This document shows positions 32,701 through 47,083 of a DNA stretch of 64,000 bases, piece after piece (within the stretch, counting starts at the first letter, position 1; each line of letters begins with the position of its first letter). A program made the translations under genes and the position numbers. The stretch comes from Ranitomeya imitator (lineage: Eukaryota). The notes under the pieces were generated by a model. The model saw nothing but the letters and a program-made list of their open reading frames with translations, made no database searches and was not told the DNA's origin. The DNA is taken from the NCBI RefSeq assembly GCF_032444005.1, contig NC_091283.1, positions 35,774,001 through 35,838,000 on the forward strand, read 5' to 3'.

Positions 32701-34660
32701 AGTGGAACGTACCGCAATCGTAGCGGTACCCATCCCGTGAGTGGACAACTGGGCTGCCGACATTCTCAAGCAGAGAGCTTCGCTGTGGGCGACTGGTCCC
32801 TGAACCAGTCAGTCTTGGACAAGATCTGCCTCAGATGAGGAACTCCTGACGTTGATCTGATGGTATCCAGATTGAACCACAAATTTCCCAGTTTGTGTTC
32901 AGATCTCAGTCCCCTAGCAATCGACTCCGAGGCGCTGGCGATCTCCTGGTCCCAATTCTACCTCCCATAGCAGTTTTCTCCGCTGCCACTGATCCCCAGG
33001 GTTGTCAATAAGATCAAGGTGAAAGGCATGCAGTCATACTCTTTGATCCAGACTGATTACATCTGCATACCAAACTTTCATGGGCCAATCTCCTTGCGGA
33101 CTCTTCGTGGAAACTTCCAGATCCTCTCAGGGCCTTATCTTCCACCAAAAATCTCTCAATTTAATGGCATGGTGGTTGAAGCTGCAGTACTGAAGTTGTT
33201 GGTTTCTCAGTTCAGGGCGAGGAAGCCACTTTCCTCTCGCATTTACTATTGTACATGGGAGGCCTACTTCCGCTGGTGCAAAGCAAACCCCCTATGGTTT
33301 TTGCTCTTCAGCAGTGTTCCCAAACTCCGGTCCTCAAGAGCCACCAACAGGTCATGTTTTCAGGATTTCCTTAGTATTGCACAGGTGATTGAATGCTTGC
33401 CTGTCCAGGTGATGCAATTATCACCTGTGCAATACTAAGGAAATCCTGAAAACATGACCTGTTGGTGGCTCTTGAGCAGGGGTCCCCAACTCCAGTCCTC
33501 AAGGCCCACCAACATGTCATGTTTTCAGGATTTCCTTAGTCTTGCCCAGGTAATAATTGCATCACCTGTGCAATGCAAAGGAAATCCTGAAAACATGACC
33601 TGTTGGTGGGCCTTGAGGACTGGAGTTGGGGACCTCTGCTCTTGAGGACCGGAGTTGGGGAACACTGCTCTACAGCATTTTTGCAGTCAGGCTTTGAAAT
33701 GGGACTCTCTCTGTTCCCTTAAGGGTCAGGTCTTGGTGCTTTCCATTCTGTTTAAGAATCTGGCGTCTCGGCATCAGATCAGGAGATCGCACACTCTGTT
33801 TCACCTTACCAAACCCGGGATAGGGCCTTGGGACCTCAACTTGGTACTGGATGTCCTTCAGGAGTCCCCATGCAAAATCTCCATCCTGGAAGGTTCCCTT
33901 ACTGGTAGCCATCACCTCAATCGGATGAGCGTCCATACTAGAGCTCCTACTTGCCATTCACCTTACATGGTGTTCATCCTTTCTTCCAAAGATGGTTTTC
34001 TCGTTTCACCTCAGTGAAGACATCGTACTTCCCTTCATTTTGCCAGTCTCCCTTTCATCCTCGGGAGCGGTCAGCTAAACAAACTGGACCTGGAAAGCGC
34101 TCAAAGTTCACTGCTTCTCCAGGACGGCACCCTTCAGATGAGTGGACTCAGTCCATAATCCCCAGTGAAGGCCTCCTGGGCTGTCCTTCACCAGGCATCT
34201 GCTTTGCAAAGCTGCTACATGGACTTTCATCCATACTTTTGCAAAGTTCTACAGGGTTCACACTTATGCATCATTTGATGCGAACCTCGGTACAAAAAGT
34301 CCTTCAGAACAGTGGTCCAAGTTCAGACTTGAGGGTACTTGTTCTTTTGCATACCCTTGGGACTACTTTTGGAAGTCCCATCGTTTCCTGTGTCCCCCAC
34401 CATAAAATCTGTTTATCCCCAATGAAGGATCTCAGTATCAGTCCTTGTGTAAAATTATGTTGGATCTGTTATGTTGGTTTCTGCCTTTATGTTGATTCTC
34501 CTCCTGCTTTCCTCACTAAATGATTAGCTCCTCCCCAGCATTATATATCCAACAGGCACGTAAATAATTTTTGCCTAGAGGCAGGAGCATACACTCATGG
34601 TTTCCTAATTTCCCACAATGAAGGCTCTGCGAGAGATTTTAGTGTGAGTACCCAAAATCT
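28264..34660 (+). mobile_element. Degenerate full-length DIRS element with nested MITEs
   Basis: 5' ITR (tttctcccacttcattggggggacaggaacccatgggtgtatgct) is complementary to ~34585-34620. Frameshifted gag-, RT- (LVIPYLDKILI), RNase H- (VNILELRTI), MT- and YR-like (PWDLNLVL) remnants lie at 30300-34350. Confidence 0.8.
33312..33667. mobile_element. hAT MITE containing a second related hAT MITE (33477-33638)
   Basis: Outer element cagtgttccc...gggaacactg has 8-bp TSD ctcttcag/ctctacag. Inner element caggggtcccc...ggggacctctg has perfect 8-bp TSD ctcttgag. Confidence 0.9.
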
Positions 34661-35574
34661 TCATGTTAACATGTGGCTTTAAGTCTACATTGTTTTTTTT
34701 TTTTGGTATGGTCGCTGTTGGGGGCGTGATTTTTATCTTCTGGACTTTTGCAGCCAATACAACACGTACTATTTTTTTTTTTTTTTAATATACTGTATAT
34801 ACTTGTGTATAAGCTGAGTTTTTCAGTACTTTTTTTGCTGGTGACTGGAGGCAGAAGCCAGCTGCTGCAGCTAAAGCCTGTGCCTGCTGCTAAAAAGAAA
34901 TGAATATTCATGGCACTTGCAGTGAACATTCTTTTATCTTATAGCGCGCGCACAGGCTTAAACTACAGCAACCGACTTCTGCCTCCTGTTACACGTTGGG
35001 CGCATCAGCTTCCAGCGGCCAGGCTAGCGTGGGTGCCCGCTCATTAAGGTAATGTATATTCACCTCTCTCCACTCCTATTTGAGTGGAGAGGTTTGACTA
35101 TTCATTACCTTAATGCTCGCTCGGCAGCAGATGCTGCTGGCATAGGAACAAGATGCTGCGAGGGCGCGCAGGGAAGGTAAGTAAGATTCCTTTTATGCTT
35201 TTCTCATGAGGGCCATGCAGACAAGGATGGGAATAAGGAACCATGCATACCAGGATGGGGATGAGGAGCAATGCGTGCAAGGACGGGGATGCGAAGCCAT
35301 GCATACCCGGCTTAAAGTAGAGTCAATACATTTTCCCAGTTTTTTTAGGCAAAATGAGGTGCCTCGGCTTATACAGGAGTATAAACGGTAGTTGCAAAAT
35401 CATTGTACAAATGCATTCAAGTGCCCACCCCTCCGTTTATATAACTCTGGGTTTATATTCTTGATTTTTACACCATTTTTAGCAAAACTTGCAATCTTTT
35501 TGCTCTTAAAGCGAACTGGTCAGCAGGACTGTGCTCAGTAAATTACATGCAGTTAGGTCAGCGCCATACACTGA

Positions 35575-35830
35575 TTATTATTATTATTATTTATTTATAT
35601 ATATAGCACCATTGATTCCATGGTGCTGTACATGAGAAGGGGTTACATACAAGTTACAAATATCACATACAGTAAACAAACTAACAATGACGGACTGATA
35701 CAGAGGGGCGAGGACCCTGCCCTTGCGGGCTTACATTCTACAGGATTATGGGGAAGGAGACAGTAGGTTGAGGGTTGCAGGAGCTCCGGTGTTGGTGAGG
35801 CGGTAGCTCCGGTGTTGGTGATTAAAATGA
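35575..35830 (-). mobile_element. 3' tail of an L2-type LINE (or derived SINE)
   Basis: The reverse complement contains tagaatgtaagcccgcaagggcagggtcct, also seen at the L2 end near 59965, and ends in an (aat)n tail. Confidence 0.7.
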
Positions 35831-35852
35831 TACTTTGTTTAATCTTTGCAAT

Positions 35853-36258
35853 TTTCAGTTAATGAGATTCTCGTGCTTCAAGGTGGGGCTGCGAGGGCTG
35901 GGGTATGTGGTGCTCGGGCCTCTGTCATCCACTGGTGGGTGGAGCTTGCGCAGATTGGCAAGCCATGCGCTCAATTGACGCGACTGCGCACGAGCCATTT
36001 TGTTGAAGGAAACGCAAAAAATTGGCTCCAGCAAAATTGCGGCGTGATAGATGCTACTGCGCAGGCGCCAATTTGCTGTTACATTTTTTTTTGTAAACAC
36101 CACAATATTAACTGGGCAAGCACAGTATTTAAAATAGGTTGAGTGAGCGGTCACTAAAGACCACAGAGACGAGAATAAGGCAAAAAGCACCAAAAAACAA
36201 AACAAAAAAAAAAAACACCAACAGGCCGCCAAAAGCACGAGAATCTCATTAACTGAAA
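35853..36258. mobile_element. MITE-like element with ~26-bp inverted repeats
   Basis: tttcagttaatgagattctcgtgctt at 35853 versus aagcacgagaatctcattaactgaaa ending at ~36257. Confidence 0.55.
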
Positions 36259-36867
36259 ACAAAGATTAAACCTCAAGATGAATCCCATCAACCCAGGTAT
36301 CATTGTATTCAGTACAACGGCACCGACCTGACACTGTCTGCAGGTTACTGGGCACAATCCTGCTGGCAGGGATATCAGGGACTTGGAAGTCTTTTTCCCC
36401 TTCGAGAACATGCTCACGAGCATCATAAAAGTGCGGCCCTTGCCATGACACGAATAAAAAAAAAAAAAGCTGCTTGGCTGGACCCTCGGCCATCAGGTGA
36501 TCACCATATTGGTTCAAGATTGAAGACTTGCATTTTTTTAAACCTACTAATCTAGATACTTTTACAGCAGAATCAGACAAGGTCATTGATGCCAAAATCT
36601 GTACCTCCATCATGGCGTACCCTGTATACGGGGGCCTGCTTGGAGAACACGGGACATTTAAAAGAAGTATTGCGTTTTGACCAGTGAAAAGCCAAAGATA
36701 ACCAGAACAAGTGTACGTTTTGTCTCTCTGGTAAGTGGCTTGCTGGTGGACACACGCGTACAACAGCTCCGATCGGTCTTTAGCCTGAGATATCACCAAG
36801 ACCTGAACATTGCCATTTACCACCGAGAACGTTAGGGCAGCGAGACCCGGGTAGCCAGACTTAATCC

Positions 36868-37740
36868 TCACGTTATCCTCTATGCTGATGACACCCAATT
36901 ATACACCTCTTGTCCTGACCTCACATCCACCTTAATACAAAGTACCAGGGATTGTCTGGAACATTCGTGTCCTTCCCCATGCCAGATATTGCAATTGCCT
37001 TGGGTGGCACAAGAGGCACGCTCACTGTCGTGGGGTCATATTTGATATGGAACAATTGGTTATCTTTCCATTTAAATACCGTCATTAAATAACTTTGCAG
37101 ATTCGCATATAGAGAATGTGATTGGACAGTTATTGTAATGTCACCATCTCCCTTATCCCCATAACATTGTGTTAATCATTAAGAATTTACGGTCAATAAG
37201 ATGTAATGCCCAACACAATTTGTAAATAAAAATTTATGTTTAAAAAAAAAAAAAAAGACATAACTCTCCTATATCCGATTCACTCGCTCATGTCACCTGC
37301 ATCTTAAAAACATCTCCAGGATCCGACCGTTTCACCTTTTGAAAGATGTAGAAATAAAAAAAAAATTCACCTCACCCTTTTTCATTCTCGCATGGACTAC
37401 TGCAACTCTCTAATGATCGGTCTCCCTCTAACCAAACTTTCTGCTCTCCAATGCCGTATTTCTGACCAGCCGCTACACTGATGCCTCCACCCTGTGACAG
37501 TCATTACACTGGTTGCCCATCTGCTACAGAATACAATACAAACTTCTCTCTCACTCACAAATCTCTCCACAGTTCTGCCCCACCCTACGTCTCCTCCCTA
37601 TCGCCCTAGACATGGCCTCCATTCTGCAACTGATCTAACACTAACATCCTCAATAAACCAAACCTCGCACCTCTATCTTCAAGACTTCTCTTAATGCTGC
37701 TCAAGTCTTCTGGAATGCACTACCCCAGACGATTCAACTT
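36868..37740 (+). mobile_element. Degenerate L2 LINE reverse-transcriptase fragment
   Basis: YADDTQLY motif at ~36880 and C-rich L2-like ORF2 3' sequence, with stops and frameshifts. Confidence 0.7.
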
Positions 37741-38101
37741 TATAAACACATCTGCCTTACTAATCTAAATCTTAACTGTTCCCTCTTTGTAAGTTTTCCC
37801 CAGAATCTGGTCCCTCCTATTCTTCAGTCTCTATATCCTCCATGCGCCCAATTTGACAACATTTCCTGCCCAATAATTTTGTTAAATCCCAATCTCATTA
37901 GCCAGGTGGCTTAGCTTGGCATTATGGAAGTTTTCAGACCCGAGAATTTTTTTTTTTTCCACCTCACCAGATTCACATCACTACTGGTGATCCAGACTGG
38001 AGATCACGATCAGCAGTGATCTGGCTATAGAGCGATGCAGCGAGATCCCAGAACCACATCCAATAGTGAAAGCCGGCACAGAAATTCCCAATATATAAAT
38101 A

Positions 38102-38107
38102 TTTATT
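38102..38107 (-). terminator. AATAAA polyadenylation signal of ABCF1
   Basis: tttatt on the + strand, about 145 nt past the ABCF1 stop. Confidence 0.55.
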
Positions 38108-38250
38108 ATTTATTAGTCTTCTCTGCAAGAACAAGGCAGCGAAATGAGATTTAAAAATGAGAAAGATGCCCCTCCTCCATCCTTCCTCCCCAAATCTCAC
38201 AATGGGCTCCGTATCTGGACAGATGGCTATGGCACGTTGGTGGCGACCCG

Positions 38251-41200
38251 TCACTCCTTGTCTTTGGGCTTGTGGACTATGACCTCGCCCAGGCTCTCCA
38301 GGACTTCCCTCTTGTAGTCGTCAAAGTCGCCTTCGATCTGGTTCACGGTCTGTTCCTCTACCACCCACAGCTGACAGTTCGTCTCTGTGATGAGGCGGGC
38401 ATCGTGGCTGACCGTGATCACCGCTGTATAAAGAAAAGAGTGGAACACATCGTGTGTAAAAGGGGCCAAATACACAAATGAGGACGACGTCTGGATTCGG
38501 GGGTCTGTGACCAAAAACCTGTCCCATCAGTGTCAGTCCTGGATGACACCAGTATCCAAATGCCCCTTGTACAGCCCTCCCGACAAATAACATGGACGCT
38601 TACCTCCTTTATATTCATTCACGGCGTCGGCCAAAGCGTCAATGGATTCAATATCCAAGTTATTGGTGGGTTCATCCTGTAGGGGGCAGTAGTGGAGAGC
38701 CAGGATCAGTATGACTGGTTCTTCCTATTCATCCCCAATCTAGTTATCACATGTACTCACCAAAATGAGGACATCAGGTTCCCGACAACACAACTCTGCG
38801 AAGACGACTCGAGCCTTCTGCCCCCCTGCAATGGAGACCAAATACCCCGCCATTAGAATCACTCAGCCATATCTAATGGGGCCGGGAAGGGCCAGGGCCG
38901 CGAGGGGCCAGTCACCTGACAGCTTGCAGATCTGAATGGTGTGTGCGTGGCTCTCCAGACCAAACCTCCCCAAACATTTCCTGGCATCCTGATACGCGAG
39001 GTTGAAATTTCGCTGCAGATACTCGGTCGCCGTCTCCTCCATGGTTAGCTGGTCGGCATATTGCTGATTGAAGAAGCCAATTTTCTATGGGACCGGAAAA
39101 AAAAAAAACGGAGTAGAGTCAGACACGAAGGGGGTGCGTCGTAAGGAGCGGAGTCATCATCCTCTGCAGACCCCAGTACTCACCAGTCGGTGATTTTTCC
39201 TCATTTCTCCTTTTGTCTGTGAAAATGAACAAGGAACGTTTATTATCCGGTTCTACATATAATGGATTTTAACAAGAATGTTATCCTCCGCTGCCGTATA
39301 CTCACCGGGGTCAGTCTCCCTGTCAACAGCAGGAGCAGCGTACTTTTTCCCACCCCATTCGGACCCACGATACACACTGACGACAAGAAAAAGCATCAAA
39401 TATGAAAAACCCATTAATCAAGTCTAAAGTGGGGCAGTATTATAGTAGTTATATTCTTGTACATAGGAGCAGTATTATAGCAGTTATAGTCTTGTACATA
39501 GGGGGCAGTATTATAGTAGTTATATTCTTGTACATAGGGGCAGTATTATAGTAGTTATATTCTTGCACATAGGAGCAATATTATAGTAGTTATATTCTTG
39601 TACATAGGGGCAGTATTATAGTAGTTATATTCTTGTACATAGGAGCAGTATTATAGTAGTTATATTCTTGTACATAGCGGCAGTATTATAGTAGTTATAT
39701 TCTTGTACCTAGTAGCAGTATTATAGTACTTACATTGTTGTACATAGGGGAAGTATTACAGTAGTTATATTCTTGTACATAGCAGTATTATAGTAATATT
39801 GTTGTACATAGGGGGCGGTATTATAGTAGTTATATTCTTGTGCATAGGAGGCAGTATTATAGTAGTTATATTCTTGTACATAGGGGCAGTATTTTAGTAG
39901 TTATATTCTTGTACATAGGGGCAGTATTATAGTAGTTATATTCTTGTACATAGGGGCAGTATTATAGTAGTTATATTCTTGTACATAGGATCAGTATTAT
40001 AGTAGTTATATTCTTGTGCATAGGAGGCAGTATTATAGTAGTTATATTCTTGTACATAGGGGCAGTATTATAGTAGTTCTATTCTTGTACATAGGGTACG
40101 GTATTATAGTAGTTATATTCTTGTACATAGCGGGCAGTATTATAGTAGTTATATTCTTGTACATAGGTGCAGTATTATAGTAGTTATATTCTTGTGCATA
40201 GGAGGCAGTATTATAGTAGTTATATTCTTGTACATAGGGGCAGTATTTTAGTAGTTATATTCTTGTACATAGGGGCAGTATTATAGTAGTTATATTCTTG
40301 TACATAGGGGCAGTATTATAGTAGTTATATTCTTGTACATAGGATCAGTATTATAGTAGTTATATTCTTGTACATAGGGGCAGTATTATAGTAGTTCTAT
40401 TCTTGTACATAGGGTACGGTATTATAGTAGTTATATTCTTGTACATAGCGGGCAGTATTATAGTAGTTATATTCTTGTACATAGGGGCAGTATTTTAGTA
40501 GTTATATTCTTGTACATAGGGGCAGTATTATAGTAGTTATATTCTTGTACATAGGGGCAGTATTATAGTAGTTATATTCTTGTACATAGGATCAGTATTA
40601 TAGTAGTTATATTCTTGTGCATAGGAGGCAGTATTATAGTAGTTATATTCTTGTACATAGGGGCAGTATTATAGTAGTTCTATTCTTGTACATAGGGTAC
40701 GGTATTATAGTAGTTATATTCTTGTACATAGCGGGCAGTATTATAGTAGTTATATTCTTGTACATAGGTGCAGTATTATAGTAGTTATATTCTTGTACAT
40801 AGGGGCAGTATTTTAGTAGTTATATTCTTGTACATAGGGGCAGTATTTTAGTAGTTATATTCTTGTACATAGGGGCAGTATTATAGTAGTTATATTCTTG
40901 TATATAGGGGCAGTATTATAGTAGTTCTATTCTTGTACATAGGGGCAGTATTATAGTAGTTATATTCTTGTACATAGGAGCAGTATTATAGTAGTTATAT
41001 TCTTGTATATAGGGGCAGTATTATAGTAGTTCTATTCTTGTACATAGGAACAGTATTTTAGTAGTTATATTCTTGTACATAGGAGCAGTATTATAGTAGT
41101 TATATTCTTGTATATAGGAGCAGTATTATAGTAATTATATTCTTGTACATAGGGTACGGTATTATAGTAGTTATATTCTTGTACATAGCGGGCAGTATTA

Positions 41201-44200
41201 TAGTAGTTATATTCTTGTACATAGGTGCAGTATTATAGTAGTTATATGCTTGTACATAGGGGGCAGTATTATAGTAGTTATATGCTTGTACATAGGGGGC
41301 AGTATAACAGAAGGGCCCAGTGGAGTAGTAGCTATTCCCGTGGCGGGGCCTACACGCTGCCTCACCTCTGGAGTCCATGTCTATGCCAAAATCCAAGTTC
41401 TTAAACAGCAGCTTCTGCCCGGTGTAGCCAAACTCAACCCCTGCAGGAACACAAGGAACGGATCAGACCTTGCAGCCCTGGTGTGGGGCACGGCCTGGTG
41501 TCCGGTCTTCTTACCATGGAGGCCCAGAATTGGAGGGCTGAGCGGTGGGGGGTTTGGGAAGGTGAATTTCACGGTATACTCCTTTGGCCTCTTCAGTAAC
41601 TCGGACGGTTCGTTGCTTTCTTCGTCTGCATTTTTCTTTCGACATTTTTGCTGCTTTCGCGTTAAAGCTTCTTTCGTCTGCTTCTCCTGGAGGGCAAACA
41701 CTAGAATATGAGCAGGTTGGCCAGTGGCAGCCGTCTCATGCTGGGTCAGTGTACGCCACGCCTGTGGGGGGGCGCTGGGTATTACATGCACAGGCTATCC
41801 TCCTGCATGGAAGGGGCAGCCTCTTACCGCTTGTTTGGAGGATTTTCCCCCGGCTTTTAGGTCCTTCAGCTTCTTTTCTTGCTTTTCATACTGTTTCTGC
41901 ATCTCCTTCTGTTTCTGCTGATACATCTTCTTAAAGGTCACTGAAAGGAAGGAAAAGCAAATCACATATGATCAGAGCCAGAGCAGGGTCTGGAGGGGTC
42001 ACAAAATGCCCCCCGGAGCCTAGACACTCACTGTAATTGCCCCGGTAGTAATACAGCTTCTGCCCGTCCAGGTGCATGATGTCTGTACATACGTCGTCCA
42101 AAAATCCCTGGTCGTGGGACACTATGAGGAGCGTTTTCTTCCAGCTCTGGAGGTAACTGGGAGAGGAGAAACATCAAGATGGAGGCTCCAAGGACAGCAG
42201 GTGTCCGACCATAAGTTGCTGCCCCGACCATATTTAATGGAGATGCTGCAGATTACTCACTTATTCAGCCAGATGACGGCGTTGAGATCCAAGTGGTTTG
42301 TGGGTTCATCCAACATGAGGAGCGTTGGTTCCATGAAGAGAGCTCTGAAATAAAGAATGTGTCTAATTACATGAGGAGGGGAAAGAGGGGGATGCGGCTG
42401 CATGATATCAGTGTTTCAGAGAAACGCATTTACAGGGAGCGAGAAAAAACAGCATAGTGGAGACAGCGCTACTACATGAGCAAATGGGACCAAGCACTTG
42501 ATCATGGTACACGACTGCTAGGTACTAGACCATCCTACTGAAGATGAGGGAAGAGGGGGGATGCAGGTGCAGGTTCTCAATGTTTAAAGGGAAACAGAAA
42601 AAGGACTAGCAGGGTGCATAGAGACCTACATGACCCAATTGGGCCACCCACTTCATCATGGAGTGTTTGGTACTGAACGTGAGGGAGGAGGGGGATGCAG
42701 CTGCAGTCTTTCACAAAGCATCAGGGAGAGGAAAGCAGCATTTAAGTCAATAAAATCTGGTTAGATATTGTGTGTAACGAGAGGCAGGGTGTTCTTAGTT
42801 ACCTGGCTAGTGACACTCTCATTCTCCAGCCTCCACTGAACCTCTTGGTCTCCCGATCCTGCATCTCTGGGGTAAAACTCAAACCAGCCAAGATACGACG
42901 GGCTTTGGCTTCTGCTGAGGCGGCTCCGGACGCCCGCAGCTCTTCATATACCTAGGGGGTGACATATAACGGTCATTTTCTGCCCTGCTGAACGGTAACG
43001 CTGTCGTCCCCAGATACCCTCGGCGGTGACCTTCTCCAGCCGCTCGGCAGCGCTGTCGTCTCCCTTCTCCAGCCTGGCCTGCAGCTTCTTCTCCTGCTCC
43101 AACAACTTCAGACGTTTCGTGTCGGCCTTCAGAACGGCCTGGACAGCCGGGGTTTCATCCGCCACAACCTCTGCGGGCAGAAGGGGGTGACGGACATGAG
43201 GTATAAGCCGTGGCAGGCGCAGCGGGCACGCACATATCTGGGCACCCGGCTGTTCTTACCTTGCTCACAAAGCAGCACATCGATGTTGGGGGGAATGTTC
43301 AGGGCCCGGTTGGCGATGTGTTTTAGGAGAGTGGTCTTCCCTTTCCTGACAGAGAAGAAACAAAGCCCACCTAAGCATAGAGGAAGCAGAAAAAACAAAG
43401 ACAAGTGGGCGGCACCCGCCAGCACTCACCCGTTGGGACCCACTAAACCATAGCGACGGCCCGCCACCACGTACAGGTCGGCGTTAACAAACAGCTCTTT
43501 GCCGTGGGCAGAAATGCTGAATTTTTCCAGCTAAACAGAAGGAAATAAAGACTGGTATTAGCATTAGATTAGGTTCTGCCCTCACTTCAGTACCTCTGCT
43601 TGCGGTCAGTAAATGCTTATACACATGGGATACAGAGGAGCCCCCACTGTCACGAGCCCCCCAGCTGTGCGAGCTGCACGACCCCAGGAAAGGTTCCCTA
43701 CCACTGAATGTAAACAGAGTTCACTGACAGCAAGCAGAGGTCCAGCTTACAAACAGCCGGACGGGTGGTCCGATATGTGACCCCTGCGTACCTTGATATC
43801 GGAGGCGTTCTCCAGCATGGCCTGACGAGAGGAGAGCTCCGCCTGTGACACCGAGAAGTCATCTTCAGCCGCGGTGGCCTTCTTCATGGCGGCCACCTGC
43901 TTCTCATAATCCATCTATATAAAGGGGAAGACAAAAACCCATAAGACGGGAATCACGAGTCCAGATACGGATCACGACTCCTGGACCGGACGCAGCACAA
44001 CAATCTGGAAGATCCAGGACCAGAGGCGTCAGTGCAGAACTGTCCGACTGACCTGCTTCTTCATCTTCTTCTTCTCCTTCTTACTCAGGTTGGCATAAGG
44101 ATCCTCCGCTGCGGCAGGCTTTCCATCCGCTTCATCCTCATCACCAGACTGTCAAATCAAACGTCACATCAGATTTTACAAATGCATCAAATCAGACCAT

Positions 44201-47038
44201 CATAACCAATGGTGGATGCAAGGAGCTCCCCCTAGTGGTGGCTGCAGACAGGATCTTATCATGTATCTCTGTATACAGGGAGCTCCCCCTAGTGGTGGCT
44301 GCAGACAGGATCTTATCATGTATCTCTGTATACAGGGAGCTCCCCCTAGTGGTGGCTGCAGACAGGATCTTATCATGTATTTCTGTATACAGGGAGCTCC
44401 CTCTAGTGGTGACTGCAGACAGGATCTTATCATGTATCTCTGTAAACAGGGAGCTCCCCCTAGTGGTGGCTGCAGACAGGATCTTATCATGTATCTCTGT
44501 ATACAGGGAGCTCCCCCTAGTGGTGGCTGCAGACAGGATCTTATCATGTATCTCTGTATACAGGGAGCTCCCCCTAGTGGTGGCTGCAGACAGGATCTTA
44601 TCATGTATCTCTGTATACAGGGAGCTCCCCCTAGTGGTGACTGCAGACAGGATCTTATCATGTATCTCTGTATACAGGGAGCTCCCCCTAGTGGTGGCTG
44701 CAGACAGGATCTTATCATGTATCTCTGTATACAGGGAGCTCCCCCTAGTGGTGGCTGCAGACAGGATCTTATCATGTATCTCTGTATACGGGGAGCTCCC
44801 CCTAGTGGTGACTGCAGACAGGATCTTATCATGTATTTCTGTATACAGGGAGCTCCCCCTAGTGGTGGCTGCAGACGGGATCTTATCATGTATCTCTGTA
44901 TACAGGGAGCTCCCCCTAGTGGTGACTGCAGACGGGATCTTATCATGTATCTCTGTATACAGGGAGCTCCCCCTAGTGGTGGCTGCAGACAGGATCTTAT
45001 CATGTATCTCTGTATACAGGGAGCTCCCTCTAGTGGTGACTGCAGACAGGATCTTATCATGTATTTCTGTATACAGGGAGCTCCCCCTAGTGGTGGCTGC
45101 AGACAGGATCTTATCATGTATATCTGTATACAGGGAGCTCCCCCTAGTGGTGGCTGCAGACAGGATATTATCATGCATATCTGTATACAGGAAGCTCCCC
45201 CTAGTGGTGGCTGCAGACAGGATCTTATCATGTATCTCTGTATACGGGGAGCTCTCCCTAGTGGTGGCTGCAGACAGGATCTTATCATGTATCTCTGTAT
45301 ACAGGGAGCTCCCCCTAGTGGTGGCTGCAGACAGGATCTCATCATGTATCTCTGTATACAGGGAGCTCTCCCTAGTGGTGACTGCAGACAGGATCTTATG
45401 TATCTCTGTATACAGGGAGCTCCCTCTAGTGGTGGCTGCAGACAGGATCTTATCATGTATCTCTGTATACAGGGAGCTCCCTCTAGTGGTGACTGCAGAC
45501 AGGATCTTATGTATCTCTGTATACAGGGAGCTCCCTCTAGTGGTGGCTGCAGACAGGATCTTATCATGTATCTCTGTATACAGGGAGCTTCCCCTAGTGG
45601 TGACTGCAGACAATCTTATGTATCTCTGTATACAGGGAGCTCCCCCTAGTGGTGGCTGCAGACTGCCAGTGTAATAGTGTCATAGCAAGTACAATATCTG
45701 GACTCCTGACATCACGACTCCGCAGCATGTTGGTTCCCGAGCACCATGTCGTAGCCCCACACTCACTTGCTCTTCCTCCCCCGCACTTCCCATATCATCA
45801 TCATCATCCAGCGCAACAAAGCGATTCTGAGATAAAGAAAAACAGGTTGAAGTACAGACTAAGGCCACAGCAGCCGGGGGCTTTACATGGGGCTCCAGTC
45901 TTATTATAGTCCAAAAACATTAGCCGGGTGCCGGAGATGGGAACAAACTGACAGCAGAGAACATAAGATTACAGTCATTTATAGGGACGGGTAAACAGGA
46001 CGACCCCCAATGTGACCTCACCTGCGGTGGTTTCGGCTTCTTATCCCCCTTTTTGGGTTTCTTGTCGTCCTCGTCACTGAGGTCAGGAGCTTTGGGCGGA
46101 GGTTTCTGGTGGGAAAATAAACATCTCTATTATCAGATCTCCATTGTAGGTCGGCAGCTACTTCATTCACCAATAAGGGGAAGGGCCCGCCCCATAAGGG
46201 GAAGGGCCCGCCCATGAGGAGCCGCCAAGGTCACCGGGAGGAGCCACCAAGGTCACCGGGACGACTCACTTTGCCTTTTGTTTTTTCCTTTGGTATTTCC
46301 TCATCGCTTTCTTCGCTGGGTGGCTGAAAGAAAAAAAAAAAAAAAAAAAGCAAGGGCTATAAGACTGAGAAAGAAACCAAGACCCAACGTCTATCAGATG
46401 ATGCGAGTCCCACCTTCTGCTTGACAGTTTCATTTTTCTTTCCCTTCTTATTCGGTTTCTTCTCTTCTTCCTGTCATATTAGTTTGCAACAATGGGGAAA
46501 AAAAACAAAAAAACATTTATATGTGTAAGGCCACCATTTACAGACAACTGCCACCCCAACGCTCGCTTACCCGTCACCTGGTCCTCCCGCACCCCACACC
46601 CACGCACACCCGGTCCTCCCACACCCCACACACACGCACGCACGCCCAGTCCTCCCACACCCCACACACACGCACGCCCGGTCCTCCCACACCCCACGCA
46701 CACGCACGCCCGGTCCTCCCACACCCCACGCACACGCACGCCCGGTCCTCCCACACCCCACACACACGCACGCACGCCCAGTCCTCCCACACCCCACACC
46801 CACGCACGCCCGGTCCTCCCACACCCCACACACACGCACGCACGCCCAGTCCTCCCACACACACGCACGCACGCCCAGTCCTCCCACACCCCACACACAC
46901 GCACGCCCGGTCCTCCCACACCCCACGCACACGCACGCCCGATCCTCCCACACCCCACACACACACCCAGTCTTCCCACATCCCTCACCCATGCACGCCC
47001 GATCCTCCCACACCCATGCACGCCCGGTCCTCCCACAC

Positions 47039-47083
<45 letters not shown>

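Noticed and set aside
36266-36898. 210-aa minus-strand ORF
   Set aside because: Starts inside an L2 fragment, has no recognisable domain, and probably reflects a decayed retroelement.
41441-42031. mir-877-like mirtron in short ABCF1 introns
   Set aside because: The short introns inspected (74 and 91 nt) show no evident end-to-end hairpin, and that mirtron is known from mammals. Not folded computationally.
44192-45674. Four ORFs of ~455-480 aa
   Set aside because: 57-bp (19-codon) tandem repeat, open on both strands, intronic in ABCF1.
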